43,090 bases of DNA from a virus (Duplodnaviria > Caudoviricetes). The notes beneath the pieces are model-generated. The model searched no databases, had not been told where the DNA came from, and saw only the letters and a list, made by a program, of their open reading frames with translations. The stretch is from IMG/VR virus record IMGVR_UViG_3300020045_000650, positions 1 to 43,090 of that record. One strand, given 5' to 3'. Shown here one piece after another: positions 25,309 to 34,707 of the stretch; the stretch's first letter is position 1, and each line of letters starts with the position of its first letter. The position numbers and the translations under genes are program-made.

Positions 25309-25617
25309 TTGCTCTATGATTTGGAAATGTCGGGAATAGAGCAAAATATCGTAAAGCAAGCGAGACGATTCAATCAGCCAATACCCGATAGAATTAAAAA
25401 CAAACCCCAATTATTGGCTGGCCTTTCTCTTTACATCGACGCATTCTTTGATCTATTGAACGATGCAAACTCTTCAGGTTTCATTCCTTGGACAGCGATT
25501 GTTTCTTACGCAAGTTATCATTGCTTTTCAAGTGACCAGACCGATTTAGCAATCTATTTTATAAGAGAACTGAATGCCGCTTACTTAAAGCACGTTGGTA
25601 AAAAGAAAGGAACCTAA
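25309..25617 (+). CDS. Tail assembly chaperone C-terminal extension (gpGT analogue)
   Basis: No clear RBS; reached by the -1 frameshift; IPWTAIVSYA motif. Confidence 0.8.
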   Translation: MLYDLEMSGIEQNIVKQARRFNQPIPDRIKNKPQLLAGLSLYIDAFFDLLNDANSSGFIPWTAIVSYASYHCFSSDQTDLAIYFIRELNAAYLKHVGKKKGT

Positions 25618-26054
25618 TGGGTGATCTACACACATTAGCAAGCAAGCTCGAAACGCTTACGGCTAACCTTGAAAGTGAGGTTAGCCGTTGTTCTGTTGAG
25701 GTTGCCCAAGACATCCACTTCGCTCTAGTGACCGGAACACCCGTAGATACATCAAAGGCCCTTTCTAACTGGCAGGTGACCCTAGAAGCCCCTATGCTGG
25801 ATGAGATAGAGGCTTACAGCCCTGGCACAAAGGGAAGTAGCAGAGGGGCAAGCATGGGCGTTACGATTCAAGAAGGCAGGAGCGTTCTAGCCTCAAAGCG
25901 GTTCGGTCAATCGATCTTCATATCAAACAACGTTTCTTACATCGGTGATCTTGATCGTGGAACTAGCAAACAAGCGCCTAGCGGTTTCCTACAGCAATCG
26001 TTGTTAATTGGACGCAGAAAAGTAAAAAGTTTTAAGATTAAGCTGAGGTTCTAA
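25617..26054 (+). CDS. HK97 gp10-like tail completion/neck protein
   Basis: TPVDTSKALSNWQV..IFISNNVSYI..L..G.SKQAPSGF. Confidence 0.85.
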   Translation: MGDLHTLASKLETLTANLESEVSRCSVEVAQDIHFALVTGTPVDTSKALSNWQVTLEAPMLDEIEAYSPGTKGSSRGASMGVTIQEGRSVLASKRFGQSIFISNNVSYIGDLDRGTSKQAPSGFLQQSLLIGRRKVKSFKIKLRF

Positions 26055-29011
26055 TGGCAGATCCAATTGTTATTGAAATTCAAGACAAGATTCCTGATTC
26101 CATTGGACAGAAGCTTAAATCGTTTGCTACCGACAGCACGAAAGCCGCTACAGCCATTGATCGTTTGAATGCCTCGGAATCGAAAACTGCTTTAGCTAGT
26201 GAAAAGTTGGCCTTGGCGCAAGCTAAAACGGCAACCGAACAAGCTAGACTTGCTAAGACTGCCGATCAAGCGGCCATGGCACACATTAAACTTGCAGCGG
26301 CACAAAAGAAGCAAGAAGAGGCTTCCAATCGCGCTACGGCTTCTGTGGGCAAAACGTCTAACGGATTCTCGCAGTTGGCAGGTTCTTTAAAAGGGGCGCT
26401 TGCTGCGGCTGGTGTGTATGTAGGCATTCAGCAGATTACGGAACTAGGCGATGCTTACACATCTATGAAAAATAAGTTAGCGGTTGTTAGCGAAACATCA
26501 GCGCAAGCCGAAGCCGTAATGCAAGGTGTTTTTGATGTAGCTAACAAAACTAGAACGCCTGTCGAAGAAACCGCAACCGCTTTTGCAAGATTCGATAGAG
26601 CTTTACAACCTCTTGGCGCAAGTCAGAAAGAAACTTTAAGACTTACACAAACTATCAACGAAGCAATGGTTGTTAGCGGTGCAACGGCTGGCGAACAAGC
26701 TGCCGGGTTGTTGCAGCTTTCACAGGCATTCAATAAAGGAAAGTTGGACGGTGATGAATTTAGAACCGTAATGGAATTGATGCCTTCCGTTGCCGATGCT
26801 ATTGCAAAGCAAATGAAGGTAACTAGGGGCGAATTGTTAAAGTTATCCCCACAGGGTAAGATTACCGCGCAAGTAATGAGGGAAGCGTTTGCACAGGCCG
26901 CTGAAGATATAGATGCGAAATTTGGAAAAACAGTTCCGACATTGGGGCAATCTGTAACAGTTCTTAAAAACAATCTGATTGCAATGTTTGGTGAAATTGA
27001 GAAGGGCTCTGGGATATTTTCAGGTTCGGCATCTGCGATAAGCACTTTTGCTACTGCTATTGCCGATTACAAAGTTGAGATATTTGATGTCAGTAGCGGA
27101 TTTGGAAATCTTGCCAAATCTGTCATTAGTTTGAGCCTTGCTCTAAGCACTTCTTCTACCGATATCATTTCTTATAAAACCATTCTAGGGTATCTTGAAA
27201 AGGGTATCACTGGAATAGGTTTTGCATTTTCAGCCGTTGCAGATATTTTTGAAAATAAGAACCGCATTGTCAAAAGTTCGCTTGACTATCTGTTTAACAA
27301 TGATAGAACCGATGCAGCCTCTAAGTTTTCCGATTCTTTGAAAATAACTACAACCAACATGGATTCCTTTACCGAATCTACGTTGAAGGCACAGCAACAA
27401 CACAATCTTTTGAAAAAGCAAATGGAAGATCAGCAGGCCACTTTGCTGAGGGGTGCTTCTGCTCCTGCTAAGACCAAAGCACCCGTTGACGTTAATGCAC
27501 AGAAAGCACTTGAGAATCGAGCCACTTGGATTCAAAGAAACAAGTCCGAACTTGAGAAGGAACAAAAGGCCCTTCAAATGTTGGAGCCCGAAAGAACCGC
27601 TTACAACAAACTAAGCGAAATTGAAATTCAACTTGCTGCTAAGAAGCTTGGCAAGAATAAGGAACTGAATAAGCTAAAGCCTGAAGAAAGAGCCGAACTA
27701 GAAAAGCTAATCAACACCAATGAGACTTTGAAAAAAGTTCAAGCCGAAATGGACAGCATCTATAACAGTTCGTCTAAGAAGGCTCTTGAAAACTACAATA
27801 ACACTATCAAAGCAAACGACATTCTTCTGTCGAAAGGAATCATTACAGAAAAGGAACACAACGCCAAACTGTTGACAGCCAAGGACACTTTAGCCGAAGC
27901 TTTGAATCCTATGAAGGAAATGACGGATTCTTTGAAAGACCAGTTGAGCATTACTGAAAAAGTAGGAGACGCGCAAACGCTGTATTCTACTTTGCAGCAA
28001 CAGGCAAATACACTGAGGAAAAAAGGCATTGATCTTTTGAACGATCCTGCTTATTTGTCCGAGTTGAATACTTTAAAAGCAACCAACGCCGAGCTTTTAA
28101 AGAAGCAGCAAATCAATGCAGCTAAGACTACTGTAAACGCCAGTCTACCCACTACACAATTGGACGAGTTTAAGGCCAAGTTGGAAGCTTTGAAGGGGCT
28201 GCAAGGTTCCGATTTGGCTTCTGGCAAAATGTCTTTGTTTGCTTCAATGTTTGAAGGAACGCAAACCGAATTCGATAATCAATTGAACGCCTACAAGGTG
28301 TTCCTTGGGCAGGTTGTTGCAATGACCAAGGACAGTATAACAAAGGATAAAGAAGCTGCTCAACTTAGATTGAGAGCCGAATTGATGTATTGGCAAGTTA
28401 AGTTAAACATGGCATCATCTTATTTGGGTCAGTTTACTGGACTGATGGAAAGCACCAATAGGGAAATGTTCGCTATTGGAAAAGCCGCTGCTTTGGCTCA
28501 AGCTATCATTGACGGCATCGCTTCTGTTATGAAAGTTGCCAGCACGACGCCTTACCCTTGGAGCATTCCTTTGATGGCCGCCGCTGCCGGAGTTGCTGCT
28601 GTAAACGTAGCTAAGATCCGAGCTACTCAGTTGCCCACAAGCTACGCTACGGGTGGCTACACCGGAGACGGGGCCATAGGAGCCGCTGCTGGGGTTGTGC
28701 ATGGACAGGAGTTCGTTGTCAACGCCGCTGCCACGGCTCGCAACCGATCTACCCTGGAGGCGATCAACGCCGGAAAGTCTGTGGGCAACACTTCCAGCGG
28801 CATGAGTGTTAAGATCGAAAACTACGGAACTAGCAAGGGTTTTGAGACTCAACAAATTGACGAAAACACCATTCGTATCATTGCCAGAGACGAAGCTTCC
28901 TCAACTGTTAGTAAATCGGTTCCTACCATGATGGCTTCTCAGTTTGCGAATCCGAATTCAGTAGCAAACAAGTCTTTGCGTAAAAACACTTTCGTATCGG
29001 TGAGGCGCTAA
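26054..29011 (+). CDS. Tape measure protein
   Basis: 985 aa, Ala-rich helical; QLSQAFNKGKLDGDEFRTVME domain; C-terminal YATGGYTG..GVVHGQEFVVNA. Confidence 0.95.
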   Translation: MADPIVIEIQDKIPDSIGQKLKSFATDSTKAATAIDRLNASESKTALASEKLALAQAKTATEQARLAKTADQAAMAHIKLAAAQKKQEEASNRATASVGKTSNGFSQLAGSLKGALAAAGVYVGIQQITELGDAYTSMKNKLAVVSETSAQAEAVMQGVFDVANKTRTPVEETATAFARFDRALQPLGASQKETLRLTQTINEAMVVSGATAGEQAAGLLQLSQAFNKGKLDGDEFRTVMELMPSVADAIAKQMKVTRGELLKLSPQGKITAQVMREAFAQAAEDIDAKFGKTVPTLGQSVTVLKNNLIAMFGEIEKGSGIFSGSASAISTFATAIADYKVEIFDVSSGFGNLAKSVISLSLALSTSSTDIISYKTILGYLEKGITGIGFAFSAVADIFENKNRIVKSSLDYLFNNDRTDAASKFSDSLKITTTNMDSFTESTLKAQQQHNLLKKQMEDQQATLLRGASAPAKTKAPVDVNAQKALENRATWIQRNKSELEKEQKALQMLEPERTAYNKLSEIEIQLAAKKLGKNKELNKLKPEERAELEKLINTNETLKKVQAEMDSIYNSSSKKALENYNNTIKANDILLSKGIITEKEHNAKLLTAKDTLAEALNPMKEMTDSLKDQLSITEKVGDAQTLYSTLQQQANTLRKKGIDLLNDPAYLSELNTLKATNAELLKKQQINAAKTTVNASLPTTQLDEFKAKLEALKGLQGSDLASGKMSLFASMFEGTQTEFDNQLNAYKVFLGQVVAMTKDSITKDKEAAQLRLRAELMYWQVKLNMASSYLGQFTGLMESTNREMFAIGKAAALAQAIIDGIASVMKVASTTPYPWSIPLMAAAAGVAAVNVAKIRATQLPTSYATGGYTGDGAIGAAAGVVHGQEFVVNAAATARNRSTLEAINAGKSVGNTSSGMSVKIENYGTSKGFETQQIDENTIRIIARDEASSTVSKSVPTMMASQFANPNSVANKSLRKNTFVSVRR

Positions 29012-29484
29012 TGTTCAAACTTATTTTGCCCCCCGATCAAACGTCTTATGCCGCTGTTGACGGAACTGAGGTTCTTAGCACTTCGCTAGATGGCGGTTCT
29101 GCTAGATATCGAAAGGATGTTCTAAATTCAACTACAAGCATTACGGCCAAATGGACATTGGATAGAGAAGGTTTCAACTACTTCCGTATCTTCTACAAAG
29201 ATATGATTAATAGCGGCGCAGATGCTTTTCTGTTAGACCTTTACGTTGACGATCCTTTTGAACTTACGGAACACGAATGTCACATTGTTCCAGGTTCCTT
29301 TGGCCTAACTGCTCAATCGGGTTTGTCCTTCACGGTAGGTGCTACGTTAGAGGTTAAACCCATCGCGCAATCGCAAGCTAACAAGGATCTTGCTTACATT
29401 TATTCATACTTTGGTGCCAATTGGACAACCGAAGTCGATACAATTGACAAGCTTATAAACATCGATATTCCGGCGGATTTCTAA
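29011..29484 (+). CDS. Distal tail / minor tail protein
   Basis: STSLDGGSARYRKD..., directly after the tape measure gene. Confidence 0.75.
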   Translation: MFKLILPPDQTSYAAVDGTEVLSTSLDGGSARYRKDVLNSTTSITAKWTLDREGFNYFRIFYKDMINSGADAFLLDLYVDDPFELTEHECHIVPGSFGLTAQSGLSFTVGATLEVKPIAQSQANKDLAYIYSYFGANWTTEVDTIDKLINIDIPADF

Positions 29485-29485
29485 C

Positions 29486-29986
29486 ATGAGCAATTATTCA
29501 GAATTTTTTCTAAATGGTAAATCCGCTGTCGTTGAATTGGAAACGATTGAAATTTCCCATCCTAACTTTTCAAAGACATATCGAGTTGTTAGGAACAATA
29601 CAGAAGGAATTACAGCAACGTTAGAAACTGGTGTTAGTGCTGAATTTGAATACTACCCAGTATCGGTTTCCAAGTCGCAAGATACAGATGACCTCGACCA
29701 AATGTTCGTTGTTAAGATAGGCGATCTTGGCGACATTTTGCCCACAGAAATGGATAGGGTTAGAGCCTCGGATAATTTCAAAACTAGGCCAGTGTTTATC
29801 TATCGTTCCTATCGAAGCGATCTTTTGACTACTATTTTGAACGGACCTATAACGCTAAATATAAAGAGTATTGTTTTCGATTCTTCGGGTTGCAAGATAA
29901 CTGCTGAAGCTCCCAGATTGAACGTGAATAAGACTGGCGAGATTTACACTCTTGAACGCTTTCCGATGCTGAAGGGCACATTGTGA
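29486..29986 (+). CDS. Minor tail protein (DUF1833-like)
   Basis: LETIEISHPNFSKTYRVVRN..APRLNVNKTGEIYTLERFPML. Confidence 0.8.
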   Translation: MSNYSEFFLNGKSAVVELETIEISHPNFSKTYRVVRNNTEGITATLETGVSAEFEYYPVSVSKSQDTDDLDQMFVVKIGDLGDILPTEMDRVRASDNFKTRPVFIYRSYRSDLLTTILNGPITLNIKSIVFDSSGCKITAEAPRLNVNKTGEIYTLERFPMLKGTL

Positions 29987-30354
29987 ACTTTGACAATCTC
30001 TTTTCCATTGCATACAATAAACGCAACTACACTTGCGCTAACTTCGTTGTCGATGTTTGGAAAGAGTTATTTAAGGATGATCTTTATTTGGCCTTGCTTG
30101 GCCCCAGAGCCGAGGAAGGAACCAATAGGCTAGATGGACACACCAAAGCCCTCCTAGAGCGCATAGCCGAACCCGTGGAGCCTTGCGTAGCCCTGTTTCA
30201 GGCTCCCGGCCTTGGCTCCCATGTGGGCATCCTTATCGAGGGCCGTGTGCTATCTTTGGATCAAGACGGTGTGACTTGGCAAACGGTGGACAGTCTTCTT
30301 AGCGGATTTAATCGAGTGAGGTTCTACGGTGTTAAAAAAACTAATAATCGCTGA
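29983..30354 (+). CDS. NlpC/P60-like tail tip assembly protein
   Basis: Y..RNYTCANFV..VW...HVGI..GRVL pattern. Confidence 0.75.
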   Translation: MNFDNLFSIAYNKRNYTCANFVVDVWKELFKDDLYLALLGPRAEEGTNRLDGHTKALLERIAEPVEPCVALFQAPGLGSHVGILIEGRVLSLDQDGVTWQTVDSLLSGFNRVRFYGVKKTNNR

Positions 30355-32905
30355 AAACATAATTGAGCCTTCTTCTTGGTTGACGTTTGAAGTAGAGAAC
30401 GTTTTAGACGCAATCATGGAACATTTTACAAGCTGGCCTGAAACGGCGAAGCTTTATCACGATTGCGTATCTGAAGAAAACAACATCACTCCAGAGACTA
30501 AAACTGACATTGAAAACATATTGAAAATGGACGGAACTTTTTTGGTTCTAGTCTATCCGGCAGGCCATAGCATAATTCAAAAGGCTTTTGGTAATAGGTT
30601 TGTAAAATACGAACCTTCTGCTATGATTACGATGTTTTCTGACAAGTTGGCAGAGCGAGTCGAAAACAAAATAGTTAGTTGGTTGGTTCCTAACGTAGCT
30701 TCGTCTAGTTCTAGCGATTCCAGAAGCTCCAATAACAGTCTTTCTGGTAGGTCGAACGACACTAGGGCGCTAGGGAGAATCCCTGATATCTTTGGACAAG
30801 TCAGAGCTTATCCTGATTTGATTGCACAGCCCTACACCTTCTTTGTAAAGAATGTAGAGCTAGAACATTCTTACATGTGCTTAGGCCGTGGCTATTACGA
30901 TATTGCCGATGTTAGGGAAGATACAACGCTATCTTCGCAAATCGAAGGTTCTAGTGTTGAGTTTTACGATCCGGGAACTTCGCCCAACTCCGGCGACGAC
31001 CCTGCTGTTAGAATCGGCGATGCTATCAATTTGAATATCAAAAACGTAAAGCGGTATTCGTCAGTCGATGGACAGTTGTTGACCCCTCCCGATGCTTTGA
31101 GCATTCAGGGCGATTCAAATGTAATGTTTACGATAAATAAGGAAATTACAATCGATGCTGATGCTAGTGTCGATTTCAACGATTTCTTCAAGGCTGGCGA
31201 TCATGTTGTTGTAAGCAATGCTACCCAATCATCGCCATATTATAACTTTGCAGGAACTTACGTCATTGCAACTGTGGACGAGTTTACACTTACTTTGTCC
31301 GATCCTGAGTCAGTCAATAACAACTGGACTAACCTAATTGGTTCCGGTGTGAATAGCGAGAAACTTTCAGCATTGCTTGTTAGCGATTCGATTTTCTGGG
31401 TAGGTCCGTTCATTATTGAAGAATCGGCCAATGCAGAAATTTGGTGTAACTTCGTAGCTGCAAACGGTATTTACACCGATGATGGAACTACCAAGTCATC
31501 CTTTCCCGTAACGATTAGAATTGGGGTTACGCCAGTTAACTCTAGCGATGTTGCAATTGGAAGTGAGGAAACATATGAAGTAACCTTGCAATGGATTAGC
31601 ACCAACAAAAAGTATTACAACGTTGGTGGAACATTGAAAACTACGCCTACCTTTACAGGCCGTTGTGCTGTTAGAGCTAGACGAATCACCAACAAAAATA
31701 CCTCATCCGGCGCTGTGCAAGATGTTCAATGGCGGGATATGTATGGTGTAATTCCTGTTTCAAAGACTGAGTTTGGAAATGTAACCACGATTCAAGCATT
31801 GACCAAGGCAACGCCCAACGCTTTGGCTGTATCCGAGCGAAAGCTCAACTTGCTCGCTACTCGAATGCTGCCGACTCGTATTTCAGGTTCGACATTCACT
31901 GACACATTGACAGCTACAAAGCGAATTGATGATATTATTTCCTTCCTTAGTCTTGACAAATACAACGGCAATCGTTCTGCCGATGAGTTGGATTTTGACA
32001 ATATCTACTCTACCGTTCAAAGTGTTATCGATTATTTCGGAATAAGCGAAGCTGCTGAGTTTTCGTATACGTTCGACACAATCAACATGTCGTTTGAAGA
32101 GATGCTATTTAGCATTTGCGCGGCTGGCTTTTGCACACCGTATCGAAGTGGAAGTAAGATAAAGCTACTGTTTGAAAAGGAAAATAATATTCCTACAATC
32201 TTGTTTAATCACAGAAACAAGATCCCTTCTAGTGAGACTAGATCGGTTAGCTTTGGGAATGTTAATGATTACGATGGCGTTGAATATACTTATGTCGATG
32301 CCGACGATTACGATGCTTCTGTAAAGATTTACATACCTTCCGATCAAAGCGCAATCAACGCAACTAAGATCGATTCGTTGGGTGTAAGAAACTACCATCA
32401 GGCTTACATTGCTGCCCACAGAGCCTACAACAAGCTTAACTATCAGACTATGGACATTGAGTTTCAATCGACACAGGATGGTAATATTTGCATGTTGAAC
32501 GATAGAGTGCTTATTACGGATGGGACCAGAGGCGACAAGATTGAAGGCGAAATTGTTGCTCAAAATGTTTTGGAACTTGAGTTGTCCCAGGATGTAGACT
32601 TGGAGGATGGAAAGAGTTACACAATCTTTCTTCAAAACACAAATGGAATTGTGGAATCTGTGGGCATAACAAAAACAAGCGAAGCTAATAAGGTTTTGTT
32701 GAATGCTTCTCCTAGTTTCTCAATTGTTACCGATCCACTGTGCTTTGCAAAAACAACCTTCGCTATTGTTGAGAACGACACAAATCCACCAATGGCTTTT
32801 TTGATTACTGAGAAATCTCCTGATGATGTTATGACTGTTTCCCTAAGCGCGGTCAATTACGATTCGCGTTATTACCAAAACGATAAGGATTTTTATCCTA
32901 ACTGA
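30329..32905 (+). CDS. Central tail tip / host-specificity protein (TipJ-like)
   Basis: SSNNSLSGRSN..RIPDIFGQVRAYPDL, LFNHRNK, C-terminal AVNYDSRYY.ND; exact start uncertain. Confidence 0.85.
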   Translation: MLKKLIIAENIIEPSSWLTFEVENVLDAIMEHFTSWPETAKLYHDCVSEENNITPETKTDIENILKMDGTFLVLVYPAGHSIIQKAFGNRFVKYEPSAMITMFSDKLAERVENKIVSWLVPNVASSSSSDSRSSNNSLSGRSNDTRALGRIPDIFGQVRAYPDLIAQPYTFFVKNVELEHSYMCLGRGYYDIADVREDTTLSSQIEGSSVEFYDPGTSPNSGDDPAVRIGDAINLNIKNVKRYSSVDGQLLTPPDALSIQGDSNVMFTINKEITIDADASVDFNDFFKAGDHVVVSNATQSSPYYNFAGTYVIATVDEFTLTLSDPESVNNNWTNLIGSGVNSEKLSALLVSDSIFWVGPFIIEESANAEIWCNFVAANGIYTDDGTTKSSFPVTIRIGVTPVNSSDVAIGSEETYEVTLQWISTNKKYYNVGGTLKTTPTFTGRCAVRARRITNKNTSSGAVQDVQWRDMYGVIPVSKTEFGNVTTIQALTKATPNALAVSERKLNLLATRMLPTRISGSTFTDTLTATKRIDDIISFLSLDKYNGNRSADELDFDNIYSTVQSVIDYFGISEAAEFSYTFDTINMSFEEMLFSICAAGFCTPYRSGSKIKLLFEKENNIPTILFNHRNKIPSSETRSVSFGNVNDYDGVEYTYVDADDYDASVKIYIPSDQSAINATKIDSLGVRNYHQAYIAAHRAYNKLNYQTMDIEFQSTQDGNICMLNDRVLITDGTRGDKIEGEIVAQNVLELELSQDVDLEDGKSYTIFLQNTNGIVESVGITKTSEANKVLLNASPSFSIVTDPLCFAKTTFAIVENDTNPPMAFLITEKSPDDVMTVSLSAVNYDSRYYQNDKDFYPN

Positions 32906-32916
32906 AAGGAATAAAC

Positions 32917-34707
32917 ATGGCTTTGACTGGTGCAGAAGCAGTCGTTAGATTCGGAGAAAACGAGGTCCGATTTGATGACTTTCTAAACGACTCGGAAAGT
33001 TACGATACTCGGCTTGGTGTTACTGTCGAATCGGTTCCTCATTTGATGGCTCGATTGCAAGAGCATTATCTAAATGTTGTCTCTAGGGGAGAGTGGGCTA
33101 CAGCAACGGCTTACGTTCAAAACGATTTGGTTACGCAAGGCGGAGTTGTCTATCTATGCGTAACGGCCCACACATCTGGAACGTTCGCCACCGATCTTTC
33201 TTCTGGAGATTGGGTAATTTATCAGGAAACTTTGCTTGAATCCGAACTTGCCACTAGCTCGGGTGCAACCATGGTTGGCTACGTTCCAGGTATCACGGGT
33301 GGAGAAGCCACTACTGTAGATAAAAGGCTTGACGAGCGCATTAGCATCAAAGGCTTTGGAGCTATTGGCGATGGTGTTGCCGACGATAGCGTTGCCTTTC
33401 TTACCGCTGCTACTTGGCTAAACGCCAACGGAGGTGGTAAGCTCCATCTCCCCAAGGGAACGTATCGAGTCGGCAACCTGTGGGCAATCACCACGGGCAA
33501 CGTGACTATCGAAGGCGATGGTATTGGAGCGACCACTATCAAAGTCATCGCTACTGGAGTTGATGGCATCCGAATTGCCAACGGTTATCCGGCCACTACT
33601 TCGGTTATTTCCAAGGTAACTATCCGTGATTTGTCGGTCAATATGAATACGGGTGGCTACACTCATAATTCTACCGACACCAATGGTAACGGCATCAATC
33701 TCAATGGTGTCGATAAGTATCTGGTGGAGCGTTGCGAAGTTTACGGTTGCGATCAGCAGGGTATTGTTTCAACCTATTGGGAAGCCGGATCAGTTGCACA
33801 GACTAGCGGTGTTATTGACAGTTGTATTGTTCACGATGTCTACGCCAGTAACATCGGTATCGGTATCGAAGGACAGAGCCGAGGCAACCGCATTACCAAT
33901 TGCGATGTCTACGATATGGGCACTTCTAGTCGCGGCATTTATGTTGGCTACGCTGCCGGGAGTGGAACCACTCAAACCGGGCACACGGTTAGCCACAATC
34001 GAATTGTTGGCCCTGGCACGACTGGCTGTGAAGGCATTCGAGTTGAAGACAATGTTTATTCTGTAAACATTGAAAACAACCAAGTCAAGGCTTGCGATTT
34101 CGGCATTCGTTGCAGTTCCAACGCAACTTCCACATTTGGTTTCAACATCGTAGGCAATACGATCATCGACTACCTTAACGCAGGAATCATCACTGGGCCC
34201 ATGTATGGAAGCGATACCGCTAAGGCGGTCATTGCCAACAACCGTGTTGTTAGTTCCACTGCGGTTGCAGGGTCCGGTGGTATTTACACTTCTACCGCTT
34301 GCGTTATCTCTGGCAACTATGTCAACAATACCGGGACTTATGGTTCTGCTGTCTTGTGTGCTGGGCCTGCTTTCGTAACTGGCAACTGGCTTACCTCGCC
34401 TTCTTACAGTGTGAACGCTATCGGGTCCGGTGTTGTTGTTGGTCCCAACTATTGCACTTCTGACATCAACAGGCAGAGCGATACTCTTGTGTTCGGGACG
34501 GCTGGATTTGCTACTCAGCGTTGGACCAACATGTATTTCAACACTACCAAAAACGAAACCGGAACCGCCGCCCCGACTACCGGAACTTGGGGACAGGGCG
34601 ACCGTGTTTGGAACGTCCTTCCCGCTGCCGGGGGTTACACAGGCTGGATCTGTGTAAGTGCCGGAACCCCCGGAACGTGGAAGGGCTTTGGTGTAATTGC
34701 TTCTTAA
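32917..34707 (+). CDS. Tailspike / receptor-binding protein with pectate-lyase-like beta-helix
   Basis: WATATAY..DLV..GVVYLC..AHTSG module, SIKGFGAIGDGVADDS, Asn/Gly/Ile beta-helix repeats, C-terminal APTTGTW..GD...GWIC..GTPGTW. Confidence 0.85.
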   Translation: MALTGAEAVVRFGENEVRFDDFLNDSESYDTRLGVTVESVPHLMARLQEHYLNVVSRGEWATATAYVQNDLVTQGGVVYLCVTAHTSGTFATDLSSGDWVIYQETLLESELATSSGATMVGYVPGITGGEATTVDKRLDERISIKGFGAIGDGVADDSVAFLTAATWLNANGGGKLHLPKGTYRVGNLWAITTGNVTIEGDGIGATTIKVIATGVDGIRIANGYPATTSVISKVTIRDLSVNMNTGGYTHNSTDTNGNGINLNGVDKYLVERCEVYGCDQQGIVSTYWEAGSVAQTSGVIDSCIVHDVYASNIGIGIEGQSRGNRITNCDVYDMGTSSRGIYVGYAAGSGTTQTGHTVSHNRIVGPGTTGCEGIRVEDNVYSVNIENNQVKACDFGIRCSSNATSTFGFNIVGNTIIDYLNAGIITGPMYGSDTAKAVIANNRVVSSTAVAGSGGIYTSTACVISGNYVNNTGTYGSAVLCAGPAFVTGNWLTSPSYSVNAIGSGVVVGPNYCTSDINRQSDTLVFGTAGFATQRWTNMYFNTTKNETGTAAPTTGTWGQGDRVWNVLPAAGGYTGWICVSAGTPGTWKGFGVIAS

